64,000 bases of DNA from Verrucomicrobiota bacterium. GTDB lineage: Bacteria > Verrucomicrobiota > Verrucomicrobiia > Limisphaerales > RI-55. The stretch covers positions 8,572-72,571 of the forward strand of contig JBDNGP010000021.1 in NCBI GenBank assembly GCA_041689265.1, in the 5' to 3' direction. The notes below the pieces were generated by a model. It saw nothing but the letters and a program-made list of their open reading frames with translations. It ran no database searches and was not told where the DNA came from. The number at the start of each line of letters is the position of its first letter. Positions within the stretch are counted from its first letter, which is position 1. The translations under genes and the position numbers were made by a program. Positions 18,312 through 29,079 of this stretch are shown here, one piece after another.

Positions 18312-18611
18312 ATGATGGAGAAACAACGAAACTATGGGTATGGAGGTCAGGATGATCGGCGCCCCCCTTCCAACGAAACCGTTCTTCACTCGGAGAGGAT
18401 CCAGATCGAGCGCAAGACCTTCCTCTTCACATTGAAGGAAAACCCCCGCGGACGATTCCTGAGAATCACCGAGGACGTCGGCGGGCGGCACGACAGCATC
18501 ATCATCCCCAGCACCGGATTGAAGGAGTTTGCCAAAACCCTTTCGGTCGTTGTGAAGGCCTGCCCAGAAGACCCCCCGGAACCCGGTTCGGACACCCCGC
18601 TTGAGGCCTGA
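18312..18611 (+). CDS. bacterial Pur-alpha-like ssDNA/RNA-binding protein (DUF3276)
   Basis: SERIQIERKTFLFTLKENPRGRFLRITEDVGGRHDSIIIPSTGLKEFAKTL matches the PUR repeat pattern. GGAGG lies about 20 nt upstream of the ATG at 18312. Confidence 0.75.
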   Translation: MMEKQRNYGYGGQDDRRPPSNETVLHSERIQIERKTFLFTLKENPRGRFLRITEDVGGRHDSIIIPSTGLKEFAKTLSVVVKACPEDPPEPGSDTPLEA

Positions 18612-18656
18612 ACGGAATCCGCGAACCTGAATCCGGCTCGACCGCCTGTTCGAAGT

Positions 18657-18686
18657 CGGCCGCGCAGCACGGCCGGTGGTTTCTCT
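18657..18686 (+). terminator. possible intrinsic terminator
   Basis: CGGCCG-CGCAGCA-CGGCCG hairpin followed by GTGGTTTCTCT. The stem is short and the U-tract weak. Confidence 0.3.
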
Positions 18687-18733
18687 ACAAGTCTTGCGGA
18701 TGCTGCAAAGATCCCTAGAGTCCGTCTCCACGC

Positions 18734-20857
18734 GTGGAATGGATTGGATTCATCTCCCTGGGCGCCGCCGTTCTGGCGTTGTTCGCAGCGGGTGCGGTGC
18801 TGTTTCGAGTTGAAGGATCAGCGGCGGGAAAACTGTTTGCGATCGGCATGCTGCTGTTCGGAGGAGAGGCGGCCATCCACTTCGTTGCTCTTCACCAGAC
18901 GACTCCGACCGCCGAGCTTCGGTGGGAGGAACTGCGCTACGTCCCGATGGCGTTTCTTCCAGGAACCTGGATTGCTTTCAGTTTGTGTTTCTCCCGGGGA
19001 AATTACCGCGAGTACCTCAGGAGCCGATCTCGACTGCTCATCCTGTTTTTCGCCGCCCCCGTCCTCATCCTCGCCCTGACCAGCAACCAGCTGCTCTATT
19101 TCAACTCCGAACAGCTGACGATTGGTTTCGGATTGGGGGCGCAGCTTCTCCAGTTCTGCTTCATCGGATCCGCGATCATCGTGTTAATGAACCTCGAACA
19201 GACCTTCCGCGCCTCAGTCGGGACACAGCGATGGAAGATCAAACTTGCGATGGTCGGCATCGGCGGGTTGTTTCTCGTCCGCGTTTACACGAGCTGCCAG
19301 CTGGTTATCGCCCGGGCGCCGGATGACTCAATGGCACTTCTGAACAGCGGGATGTTGATCCTCTCCTGTTTGCTGGTCGGGTTCTCATTGGCCCGGACGA
19401 AGGATTTTTCCATCGATCTGTACCCATCACAGGCGGCGTTGCACCGGTCCATCATCGTCATCATCATCGGTGTCTACCTCATCGTCATCGGGCTCCTGTC
19501 GAAACTGGCGATGTTCCTGGGCGGGGACGCGAACTTCCAGCTGCGCGCGCTCGTCATTCTCGTCGGTCTGATCGGTCTGGCGCTGCTGCTCATGTCCGAC
19601 CGGTTGCGGGAGCGGAGCCGCGCGTGGATCAATCGGCACTTCAGCCGGCCGCATTACAACTACCGGCAGGTCTGGAGCAGCTTCACCCGCGAGACCGCCA
19701 CGATCACCGGCGTCGAGAAGCTTTGCCCGGCCATCGCCAGGTGGATCTCGGACACGTTGCATGCCCTTTCCGTGACCGTCTGGCTCATCGACGACACTCG
19801 GAAGCATGTCAAACTGTGGGGATCAACCCTCGATTCCGAACTGGTGCTGCCCGATCCAGCCCAGAACGACTCGGGAACGTGGACGGTAATCGTTCAGTGC
19901 GCGATTCATTTGAAGCAGATTACCAATCTTGACCGTTCAAATGGCAAACCGGTTGAATCGCTGGCCAACATTCACCCGCGCGTTTTTCCCAATGGCGGCG
20001 ATCGCCTGGCGGTGCCGTTGACCGTCGGCGACGAGAATCTGGGGATCATCATCATCGGCGATCGTGTCGACGGGGTTCCTTTCACCTCCGAAGACGAGGA
20101 GCTTCTCAAGACCGTTGCCGAGCAGGCCGCCCTCGAACTCCAGGCCATTCAACTTTCCGGCCAACTCCTGCAGGCGCGGGAGATGGAGGCCTTTCAGAAC
20201 ATGTCGACATTCTTCGTGCACGACCTGAAGAACACCGCCTCCAGCCTCTCGTTGATGTTGCAGAATCTTCCCCGTCACTTTGACAATCCCGAGTTCCGCG
20301 CTGATGCGTTGAGATCGATCGGGAAAAGCGTCAGCCGCATCAACCAGATAATCCAGTCGCTTTCCGCACTGCGCCGGAAGCTCGTCATCGACCCGTCCCG
20401 GGTCGATCTCGCGGACGCGCTTCCGGCCACGGCGGCGACGCTCGCCGCTGACCGGAACATCAATCTCGTTTGCGACTACCAGCCTGCCGGCGACGTCAAC
20501 GTCGATGTCGAGCAGATTGACCGTGTCCTGACCAACCTGATCGTGAACGCGCACGAAGCGTCCGAACCGGGCCGGCCGATCAGGTTGTCCACCGGTCGCC
20601 ATGATGGTTTCGCATTCATGGAGGTGACAGACGAAGGCGGAGGGATCAGCGAGGACTTCCTTCAACAACACCTGTTCCGCCCGTTTCAAACCACCAAGAA
20701 GCAGGGAACCGGGATTGGTCTTTACCACAGCAAGATGATCGTGGATGCTCACCACGGCAGAGTGGAAGTACAGAGCCGCCCGGGCGCGGGCACCACCTTC
20801 AGGGTTCTCCTGCCGCTGCTTGTTTCAGCCGATGAAGCCGACCGTACTGATCATTGA
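18734..20857 (+). CDS. prsK: sensor histidine kinase, PEP-CTERM-system PrsK-like
   Basis: 707-aa ORF with a GTG start. It has an N-terminal multi-pass membrane region of about 300 aa and a GAF-like middle. The H-box is FFVHDLKNTASSLSLM and the HATPase boxes are NLIVNAHEA, DEGGGI and GTGIGLYHS. Size and architecture, together with the adjacent sigma54 regulator, fit the PrsK/PrsR pair. Confidence 0.8.
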   Translation: MEWIGFISLGAAVLALFAAGAVLFRVEGSAAGKLFAIGMLLFGGEAAIHFVALHQTTPTAELRWEELRYVPMAFLPGTWIAFSLCFSRGNYREYLRSRSRLLILFFAAPVLILALTSNQLLYFNSEQLTIGFGLGAQLLQFCFIGSAIIVLMNLEQTFRASVGTQRWKIKLAMVGIGGLFLVRVYTSCQLVIARAPDDSMALLNSGMLILSCLLVGFSLARTKDFSIDLYPSQAALHRSIIVIIIGVYLIVIGLLSKLAMFLGGDANFQLRALVILVGLIGLALLLMSDRLRERSRAWINRHFSRPHYNYRQVWSSFTRETATITGVEKLCPAIARWISDTLHALSVTVWLIDDTRKHVKLWGSTLDSELVLPDPAQNDSGTWTVIVQCAIHLKQITNLDRSNGKPVESLANIHPRVFPNGGDRLAVPLTVGDENLGIIIIGDRVDGVPFTSEDEELLKTVAEQAALELQAIQLSGQLLQAREMEAFQNMSTFFVHDLKNTASSLSLMLQNLPRHFDNPEFRADALRSIGKSVSRINQIIQSLSALRRKLVIDPSRVDLADALPATAATLAADRNINLVCDYQPAGDVNVDVEQIDRVLTNLIVNAHEASEPGRPIRLSTGRHDGFAFMEVTDEGGGISEDFLQQHLFRPFQTTKKQGTGIGLYHSKMIVDAHHGRVEVQSRPGAGTTFRVLLPLLVSADEADRTDH

Positions 20858-22187
20858 CGACGACGAGGAAATCCGGACGCAGATGCGTTGGGGCCTCGTG
20901 GACGATCACGACCCGGTCCTCGCCGAGGACCGGACGTCAGCCCTTGAGGCGCTGGACAAACACCAGCCCTCCGTCGTGCTCCTTGATCTGGGCCTTCCGC
21001 CCCATCCAAACGCCACCACGGAAGGCTTGGCCATTCTCGACGAAATCCTCAGCCGCCAGCCCGGCACGCACGTCATCGTGATCACCGGGCAATCCGACCG
21101 GGAGCACGCCCTGAAGGCAATCGAAGCGGGTGCGTACGATTTTCTCTCCAAACCGATCGAGATGGATGAACTGAAGACTGTCCTGCGCCGCGCTTTCTTC
21201 GTTTCCGGGTTGAAACGGGAGAACCGATTGGCACCGGTCACCGCGCCTGACGAACATGTTTTCGAGGGCCTGATCGGGAACAGTCCGGCGATGAAACGCG
21301 TGTACGAGTCGATCACCAAGGTGGGCGCCGTCAACGCCCCCGTTCTTCTGCTCGGCGAAAGCGGGACCGGCAAGGAGATGGCGGCGTGTGCAATCCATCT
21401 GCGCAGTCCGAGAAAAAACATGCCGTTCATTGCGATCAACTGCGGCGCCATTCCGGAGACGCTGCTGGAAAGCGAGTTGTTCGGGCACGAGAAGGGCTCG
21501 TTCACCGGCGCGCACGCCCAACGGCGGGGTCGGGTGGAAAGCGCCGAAGGCGGAACCCTGTTCCTCGACGAAATCGGTGAGATGCCCCCCGCGCTGCAGG
21601 TCAAGCTGCTACGCTTCCTGCAGGAGAAAAAGATTGAGCGAATCGGCGGACGGATTTCCATTGACGTCGATGTGCGCATCATTGCGGCCACCAATCAGGA
21701 CCTGCAGAAAAACATCGCGAACGGTGGGTTTCGTGAGGACCTTTATTTCCGGCTCGCGGTCGTCAGCATCACCATGCCCAAACTGAGCGAGCGCCCCGGG
21801 GATGTGCGACTGCTCGCGGAATCCTTCATCCAGCAATTCGCCCGGGATCACGGCAAGCCTCCGTCGAAATTTACCCAAGCGGCCATGCGTTCACTGGAAC
21901 ACTTCGGATGGCCCGGCAACGTGCGGGAACTTCACAACCGCATCCGCCGCGCCTTCATCATGCATGAGGGTCACAGCATCCATCCGGCGGACCTCGAACT
22001 GGCGGCCAACGAAATCCCCGAGGTGGGCAAGTCGTTGAAGGAGGCTCGTGACGAAGTGGAAAAAAAAATGATCATCGAATCACTTGCGCGCAACCAGAAC
22101 AAGGTCAGCCACGCCGCCAACGATCTGGGGGTCAGCCGTCCGACTCTTTACGAGTTGATGGACAAGCACGGCCTCCGCGGTGAATAG
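20832..22187 (+). CDS. prsR: sigma-54-dependent response regulator, PrsR-like
   Basis: Receiver domain MKPTVLIIDDDEEIR...VVLLDLGLPP. AAA+ sigma54-interaction domain with GESGTGKE, ESELFGHEKGSFTGA and RIIAATNQDL. Fis-type HTH AANDLGVSRPTLYELM. The start overlaps the kinase stop by 26 nt. Confidence 0.88.
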   Translation: MKPTVLIIDDDEEIRTQMRWGLVDDHDPVLAEDRTSALEALDKHQPSVVLLDLGLPPHPNATTEGLAILDEILSRQPGTHVIVITGQSDREHALKAIEAGAYDFLSKPIEMDELKTVLRRAFFVSGLKRENRLAPVTAPDEHVFEGLIGNSPAMKRVYESITKVGAVNAPVLLLGESGTGKEMAACAIHLRSPRKNMPFIAINCGAIPETLLESELFGHEKGSFTGAHAQRRGRVESAEGGTLFLDEIGEMPPALQVKLLRFLQEKKIERIGGRISIDVDVRIIAATNQDLQKNIANGGFREDLYFRLAVVSITMPKLSERPGDVRLLAESFIQQFARDHGKPPSKFTQAAMRSLEHFGWPGNVRELHNRIRRAFIMHEGHSIHPADLELAANEIPEVGKSLKEARDEVEKKMIIESLARNQNKVSHAANDLGVSRPTLYELMDKHGLRGE

Positions 22188-22246
22188 CGCAACGCTTCCC
22201 GCCGGTCTTCATTTGTCACCGGAAACACCGGCGACTTAGCTCCGCC

Positions 22247-23014
<768 letters not shown>

Positions 23015-23178
23015 ATTTGAAGCGGCGACTGTAGTGAATTTTAGGATGAGGGCAAGCGAGGACCGCTGGACGGGTTTATTTAGAGAGCATCGCGACATCC
23101 TCCTCTCGGAGCTGATCGGCAAAAAACTGTTCTGAAGCTATCTCATGTCGTCGACCGAGTTCGATGTGCGTCCCGGAA

Positions 23179-24306
23179 TTATACGAGCTTGAGTTGTTCC
23201 GTCAGCGCCGCCACCACCTGTTTCGTGCTGACATCGTTCATACACCGGAAATCCACCGGGCATTCGCGCAGGAAACACGGTGCGCAGGCGGGTTGCTGCC
23301 GGACGATCTTGTGCCGCGAATCGCCGGGCAGGCCTGGGCCCGTGAGCTCCGGTGAAGTGCTCCCAAAGATCGCGACCAACGGCGTGCCCACAGCGGCGGC
23401 GACATGCATCGGGCCAGAGTCGTTGGTGATCAGCACATCAACCGCCTTGAGCCCGGCGCACAGCTCGCGCAAAGACGTCCGCCCAGCCAGCGACACGGCC
23501 GTTCCCATGTCTGAAAAGGCGCCGTCAATTTTTGCGGCGATAGCCCCCGACAACTCTTTTTCATTGGGCCCGCCGAATACCCACCAGTCGCACGGATGCT
23601 CGCGAGTAAAGGCGATCGCCGCTTCAACGAATCGTTCCATCGGCCACCGTTTTGTCGGACCGTACTCCGCGCCCGGATTGATGCCGATCAAAGGCCGTTC
23701 TCGTTTTCTGCCACGAATGATGTTCCGGTCGAACTTCTCGTAAATGTCCTTAACCTCCTGCTTCGAAACTTCAATCAACGGTGCGCACGCTTCGGTATTC
23801 GCCCCCAGCTGTTTGACCAGTTCCAAGTACTGAAAAATATGGTGGGCGCTGGCGGGTGGGCGCGCCGGCGTGATGTCAATCCCGGTTTCCAGAAGCAGCC
23901 TGGCCTCGAGTGCGGTCTTCTTTTCCATGACCACCTCCCCGGCACGCGGTGCCACCCGCGTGGTCAGCATCCAGTTGCGCCACGACCGGATGTAACCGAT
24001 TCGCTTTGGCGCGTTGCCCAACCAGCACTCGAGCGCCGAGCGCGGTGAATTGGGGAAGATCAACGCCGTGTCAAAATGTCTGGCGCGAACCTTCCGGCCC
24101 ACGGAAAAAACAGATTCACCAGGATCGAAACACAGGACGTCATCGACCGCCGGATGAGCGGTCCACAGGCCTCGCAATTTTTCCGGTGTCAACAATGTGA
24201 TCCGCGCAGCCGGTCTGGCTTCGCGCAGCCGTTGCAGCGCCGGGGTGCTCATCACCGCGTCGCCCAGCCAGTTCACTCCACGCACAAGAATCGATTCATT
24301 CTCCAT
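23179..24306 (-). CDS. glycosyltransferase family 9 (LPS heptosyltransferase, RfaF/WaaF-like)
   Basis: MENESILVRGVNWLGDAVMSTPALQRLREARP...ITLLTP is the GT9 N-terminus, and the C-terminus carries LITNDSGPMHVAAAVGTPLVAIFG. The start is set at 24306 because the longer ORF is a GC-rich upstream extension. Confidence 0.85.
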   Translation of the reverse strand: MENESILVRGVNWLGDAVMSTPALQRLREARPAARITLLTPEKLRGLWTAHPAVDDVLCFDPGESVFSVGRKVRARHFDTALIFPNSPRSALECWLGNAPKRIGYIRSWRNWMLTTRVAPRAGEVVMEKKTALEARLLLETGIDITPARPPASAHHIFQYLELVKQLGANTEACAPLIEVSKQEVKDIYEKFDRNIIRGRKRERPLIGINPGAEYGPTKRWPMERFVEAAIAFTREHPCDWWVFGGPNEKELSGAIAAKIDGAFSDMGTAVSLAGRTSLRELCAGLKAVDVLITNDSGPMHVAAAVGTPLVAIFGSTSPELTGPGLPGDSRHKIVRQQPACAPCFLRECPVDFRCMNDVSTKQVVAALTEQLKLV

Positions 24307-25216
24307 CGGTTGTCCGCCCTTTCCTTTTCGGAGCCTTGCCCGCCTGCTCCCAGCGGGGCTGCACCCAGCACCAGTTTGCCGGGTCCCTGCGGATGGCAGT
24401 TTCCAGAGATTGGTTGAGCTCGGCCAGGATCTGTTCGGCGGCGCGCGGTCGTCCGTCAACCCGCGTCTGAATCTGATCGCTGAGCTCCACGCGCCAACGT
24501 CCGATGCCCGTACGAAAGCAGACGGCGGAGAACAGCGGCATGCCGAAGCGCTGCGAGTGAACGACCGGGGCCACACTGGTCGAAACGGGCTTTCCAAAAA
24601 ATGGAACGCTCATGCCGCCCTCGCCCGCCGGGCAATCACACATCAACCCGAGCACCACGTTCCCGTCACGGATGGTTTCGCGCAATTGTTTCATCTGGGT
24701 TGTCTCGTCAAAAAAAGAGGTGGTCGATGCGTTCCGCACATCGGCGAGAATGTGATCGATTATCTTCCTCCCAGTCCGGCGAATGATCATCAGCGGACGC
24801 ACCCACGTCAGGTGGCTGGCCGTTTCGGCGTACATCTCGATGTTTCCGAAATGGCCGCCAGCGATCACTATACCCGGCACGCTGGAATCATCAATCCACG
24901 GTTGAATCTTGTTGAGGCCCACCACCTGAAGGCGGGACTTCAGTTCCTCAGGCCGCATCACGGCGGTTTTCAGCGCGCAGAAAAACGCCTCCCCTAGTCG
25001 TCGGAAATTCTCACGGGCAATCACCCGCCGTGCCTCCCTGTCCATCTCCCTGCCGAATGCGATATCAAGGTTGACCAGGGCGATCCGGCGGCGTTTCCAA
25101 TCGACCCACCAGACCACGTGTCCCGCGAAACGACCGAGCATCGCCACCAGCGTCAGTGGCAACGACTGAAGGATTGCGATCATCGCCGCAACCGGGAGAT
25201 GGAGCAGCCGGTTCAT
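24296..25216 (-). CDS. lpxL: lipid A biosynthesis (Kdo2-lipid IVA) acyltransferase, LpxL/HtrB family
   Basis: 306-aa ORF with an N-terminal TM helix. NLDIAFGREMD...ARENFRRLGE, the GGHFGNIEM active-site box and VPFFGKPVSTSVAPV are present. It lies between lpxK and the GT9 gene. Confidence 0.8.
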   Translation of the reverse strand: MNRLLHLPVAAMIAILQSLPLTLVAMLGRFAGHVVWWVDWKRRRIALVNLDIAFGREMDREARRVIARENFRRLGEAFFCALKTAVMRPEELKSRLQVVGLNKIQPWIDDSSVPGIVIAGGHFGNIEMYAETASHLTWVRPLMIIRRTGRKIIDHILADVRNASTTSFFDETTQMKQLRETIRDGNVVLGLMCDCPAGEGGMSVPFFGKPVSTSVAPVVHSQRFGMPLFSAVCFRTGIGRWRVELSDQIQTRVDGRPRAAEQILAELNQSLETAIRRDPANWCWVQPRWEQAGKAPKRKGRTTDGE

Positions 25217-25218
25217 TC

Positions 25219-26391
25219 CTATCGGAAGCAGATGCGGCGCACGACTTCCTCGAAATCGGCCGCCCCGCTGAGAATCTTGATTTCAACCCGCATGAAAAGA
25301 ATCGGCAGATCACGCCGGTCGATCTTCGGAAACCGCACCGCGTCCTTCTGCGTCGTGATGATCGCGTCAGCCATGCGCTTTTTCCCCCGGTTGATCGCAT
25401 TGATGATCTCCTGCTGCGAGTACCGGTGGTGATCCGCAAACCGTTTTGCGTAGACCAGATCGCCGCCGAGGCCAATGAGGCTCTGCTCGAAACTTTCCGG
25501 CTGCGCGATCCCGCTCAGCGATGCGACCTTCATTCCTTTAATGAACTCCATGCCGTGCTGTTCGCCGGTGAACACGTCCTCGAAGTACAATGGATGATGC
25601 ACGCACTCGATGATGCCGGCCTTGCTGTTCAACTCGGTGATTCGTTTGCGAAGCTCGGCCGTGTTGCCGTCACTCTTGGTGATGAAAATTGTGGTCGCCC
25701 GCGCAAGATGCGACGGCGGTTCGCGCAGGGTGCCGCGTGGCAGGAGAAATTCGTTTCCGAACGGCTGCTGGCGATCGATCAGCACCACGTCGTGACGGCG
25801 GCCTCGCAGCTTCCAATACTGATACCCGTCGTCCAACAGCAGGGTGTCGCATCCGAATTTCTCGATCGCATAACGGCCGGACTTCACCCGGTCCTTGTCG
25901 ACGAGGACAACCACGTCCTTGAGGTTGGACGCGAGCATGTACGGTTCGTCGCCGGAATTCTCGGAATCAAGCAGCAGTGATTTCCCGTCCGACACCACCC
26001 GGGGCGGCGTCGTGTCCTCGCGGAACAGCAGCTTGTTGATCAGGCGCTGACGGAGCGGCGGCGGTTTGGACCGGTAACCGCGCGAGAGGATGGCGACTGT
26101 CCGTCCGGCGTCGGTCAGCGCCCGCGCGAACTTCTCCACCACCGGCGTTTTACCCGTGCCGCCGACAGTGAGGTTTCCGACCGCGATGACCTGAACGCCC
26201 AGCGTGGAGTCGCGCAGAATGCGCACGTTGTACAGGTACCGTCGCAGCTTGACTGCGACGGCAAAAACGTTGGAAAGGACGAGCAGGATAAACCGGACAA
26301 TCGCGGCACGTTTGCCGTGTCGTTGCTCGAAGATGACTTCGAGAATGAAAGTTTCAGCCGACTCAGTCCAATTTCGGAACCACTCACGCAT
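25219..26391 (-). CDS. lpxK: tetraacyldisaccharide 4'-kinase
   Basis: [25 protein letters not shown] (P-loop), [10 protein letters not shown] and LLDDGYQY are LpxK hallmarks. Confidence 0.9.
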   Translation of the reverse strand: MREWFRNWTESAETFILEVIFEQRHGKRAAIVRFILLVLSNVFAVAVKLRRYLYNVRILRDSTLGVQVIAVGNLTVGGTGKTPVVEKFARALTDAGRTVAILSRGYRSKPPPLRQRLINKLLFREDTTPPRVVSDGKSLLLDSENSGDEPYMLASNLKDVVVLVDKDRVKSGRYAIEKFGCDTLLLDDGYQYWKLRGRRHDVVLIDRQQPFGNEFLLPRGTLREPPSHLARATTIFITKSDGNTAELRKRITELNSKAGIIECVHHPLYFEDVFTGEQHGMEFIKGMKVASLSGIAQPESFEQSLIGLGGDLVYAKRFADHHRYSQQEIINAINRGKKRMADAIITTQKDAVRFPKIDRRDLPILFMRVEIKILSGAADFEEVVRRICFR

Positions 26392-26885
26392 GCGTCGGCG
26401 CAGTGTGCCAAGGAGGACCGCCCGTTAGCAAGAGCGGGCCGAATCTATGATGCCGGGCTGCACTTCCACTCGTGATCCTGATCGCGATCCTGCGGCTGGC
26501 CACAGCCCGTCCCGTTCCCCGACAAGCACGCGCCAATGAGCACGTCAACGACTTGAGCAGGTGGGGCTCGCTCTCCGAGCGAGCCTTTGGCGCAACCAGA
26601 CGTTCTCACCTGGTTTGGCGATTGACGCCACCGAAGCGCCCGGAAGTTCGCCCGGAGGTCTCCCCCCACCTTTGCCATACTCAGAACTTGCCCGCTTTGC
26701 GCGACTGGCTATCGTCAACCGCATCATGAGAAGGCGAGGGGACATATGACTGATGACGCCGTCATCGAATTTGGCCCGGTTCGATTGAGCAACACATGAG
26801 CGCGCATAACCAAGGATCAGGAGCTCGATCGAATACGTAATCCGGTGACCGGTTTACGAACTGGTCCGAGTACAGCCCGTGGTGG

Positions 26886-27266
26886 TTGGAGGCACAAGCT
26901 GCGTACAAACGATTCGACGATAGAATTGCCACACGTCCGAAGTTTACCAAAGTCATCGAGCTCGAGCCGGCGGCCGGTTTCCTGTGCCCGTGCACTGCGA
27001 AACAAGTCGAGGCCAGGTTGCGGAGTTGTCCGAAGCAGTTTAAGAGCTCCAACAGTGCACTTGGTTTCTGGGGCCATTATTGGCAGGCATGCGTCTTCCT
27101 CCACGCGGTGTTGGCGTCGGAGAATTCCGATCCGAACAGACGCGCAGCCTTTTATCTCAACGACGTCCTGATGCATGAGATTGGTCACCATGTCGACAGG
27201 CGCGCAAACACGACGACCAAAGAGCGGAAACGATTTGCAGACTGGTTCGCGCGGGAAAACAGGTAA
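26886..27266 (+). CDS. small HExxH zincin-like metallopeptidase-family protein (hypothetical)
   Basis: 126-aa ORF with a TTG start and the C-terminal motif AAFYLNDVLMHEIGHHVD. Size and layout resemble minimal zincin (DUF1025-like) proteins. The start signals are weak, and the frame stays open upstream to 26841 with no better start. Confidence 0.4.
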   Translation: MEAQAAYKRFDDRIATRPKFTKVIELEPAAGFLCPCTAKQVEARLRSCPKQFKSSNSALGFWGHYWQACVFLHAVLASENSDPNRRAAFYLNDVLMHEIGHHVDRRANTTTKERKRFADWFARENR

Positions 27267-27319
27267 GGCTAAATCAAACTGAGAACTTGCCCGCGTCTGC
27301 CGACTGTTTTTTGTCCCCC

Positions 27320-28900
27320 TCACCAATCCGCCGGTTTGTAGTCCTTGAAAAATTTCCCCCAGTCGTGCGCGCCGGTGTTGAAGCCGGCGATGATCGGATC
27401 GACAATTCGCGCGGCCCCATCAACGATGTCGAGCGGTGGATGAAACCGGTGCTCGCGCGTCTTGCGCTCGGCGATGTTGACGGGGTCTTCGTCCGTCACC
27501 CAGCCGGTGTCCACCGCGTTCATGTGGATGCCGTCCGCGTGATATTCCGTCGCGGAGGTGCGGGTCATCATGTTGAGCGCCGCCTTCGCCATGTTCGTGT
27601 GTGGATGCCGTGACGTCTTGTACTTCCGGTAAAACTGACCTTCCACTGCGGACACGTTGACGATGTGTTTGTCGTGCTCCGGCGTGCGCATCATCAACGG
27701 TTTCAACCGTGCGTTCAGGATGAAGGGCGCGATGGCGTTCACCAATTGCACTTCGAGAAGTTCTACCGTCGGCACTTCCGCGAGCATCAAGCGCCAGGAA
27801 TTGCGTTCCCGCAGATCAACCTGTTGCAAATCCTGATCGAGCCGGCCCTCGGGAAAGAGCGACTGCTGCGCGGTCAGTTCATCGGGAAGCAACGGCACCT
27901 GCGACAACTCGGCCGCATGCGTCAAACCGGCGAGCGCGGATTCGCTGGATCCGTTCTGCTTCGTGCCGAGCGGGAGGCCGGCGCTCCGACTGACTTCTCC
28001 GTCGGGCAACAAACGGTAGCCGCGCAAACCTTCGTATGCGCCGAGCAACTTCGCCGTGGCCGGCGGCAGCTTGCTGAGGGGCCCCTTCTCCTGCGCCATC
28101 ATGTGCCGGTAGAAATCCGGCGGACGCCGCACGGTCTGGCAGGCGTTGTTGATGATGAAATCCAGCCGGTCTCGGGTGTTCAGCAGATGCGTGCAGAACG
28201 CTTCTACGCTCGGGGTGTGACGTAGATCGAGACCGAAGATTTCCAGCCGGTTACCCCACTCGGCAAAGTCCGGTTCCTCCGCGTAGCGTTTTGCGGAGTC
28301 ACGCGGAAAGCGCGTGCAGACGATCACCTGCGCACCCGCCCGCAACAGCTTGATCCCCGCCTGATATCCAATCTTCACCCGCCCACCCGTAAGCAAGGCA
28401 ACCCGGCCGGTCAGGTCCGCCGTTTCGCTGCGCTTGCGGAAATTGAACTCCGCGCATGACCGACACAATTGATCGTAGAACGAATGGATTTTTGAGTAAT
28501 CCTTTTTGCAGATGTAACAGTTCTGCGGCTCGACCACATCACGGAAATCCGGATCGTCGACCTCCTGTTGCGCAAAATTCTCCGGCGGAATCACGTTCGG
28601 CGTTGTGAACACGTCCTTGCGGCGCAGCTTGCGGATGCCCGTCTCGTCGAGCACGGCGTCGTCCTCCGCTTTCTTGGTATTCTTGCGCACGCGCTTGTTC
28701 GCCTTCACCAGGCGACGTCGCTCGGCGGGGGTCGGGCAATAAACCTGGCCGGCCGCCTGGACCAGCCGCGAACGCTCCTCGCCGGACACCGTTGAAAGCA
28801 GAGTTCGATCGGCGGCGATTTGTTCGAGCAATTTCGTGGCGGCGCGCAGACGTTCGGTCAGTTCGTCGGGATCGGATTCAATTGGATTTTCAGCGGACAT
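27320..28900 (-). CDS. SDR-family oxidoreductase with long N-terminal coiled-coil/zinc-ribbon extension
   Basis: Rossmann motif VALLTGGRVKIGYQAGIKLLRAGAQVIVCTRF and a C-terminal SDR core. About 190 N-terminal residues carry a basic coiled coil and CYICKKDYSKIHSFYDQLCRSC (C-x2-C-x13-C-x2-C). The start is set at the ATG at 28900. Confidence 0.85.
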   Translation of the reverse strand: MSAENPIESDPDELTERLRAATKLLEQIAADRTLLSTVSGEERSRLVQAAGQVYCPTPAERRRLVKANKRVRKNTKKAEDDAVLDETGIRKLRRKDVFTTPNVIPPENFAQQEVDDPDFRDVVEPQNCYICKKDYSKIHSFYDQLCRSCAEFNFRKRSETADLTGRVALLTGGRVKIGYQAGIKLLRAGAQVIVCTRFPRDSAKRYAEEPDFAEWGNRLEIFGLDLRHTPSVEAFCTHLLNTRDRLDFIINNACQTVRRPPDFYRHMMAQEKGPLSKLPPATAKLLGAYEGLRGYRLLPDGEVSRSAGLPLGTKQNGSSESALAGLTHAAELSQVPLLPDELTAQQSLFPEGRLDQDLQQVDLRERNSWRLMLAEVPTVELLEVQLVNAIAPFILNARLKPLMMRTPEHDKHIVNVSAVEGQFYRKYKTSRHPHTNMAKAALNMMTRTSATEYHADGIHMNAVDTGWVTDEDPVNIAERKTREHRFHPPLDIVDGAARIVDPIIAGFNTGAHDWGKFFKDYKPADW

Positions 28901-29079
28901 GAAGACGGCAAAAATTTGTGGCCGGACTTTTGATTGCGAGCCGCGCGCCGTCGAGCTCATTTCTGCCCGCAACTGCGGTCGGCCGCGTTTCGTCCCCGGC
29001 GACTCTATTGACAGTAGCAGTCGCGGCCGCTACAGAACCAGCGTCTGGTTTTGCCGCACTTTTCGAAATCATTCATTTT

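Noticed and set aside
26680-27307. Imperfect direct repeats CT[C/G]AGAACTTGCCCGC...CGACTG (26680-26708 and 27279-27307) flank the HExxH ORF and could be att-like sites.
   Set aside because: The perfect core is only 13 nt. A 13-mer repeat within 600 bp somewhere in 64 kb is expected by chance about once in two windows. No integrase or other mobility gene is present.
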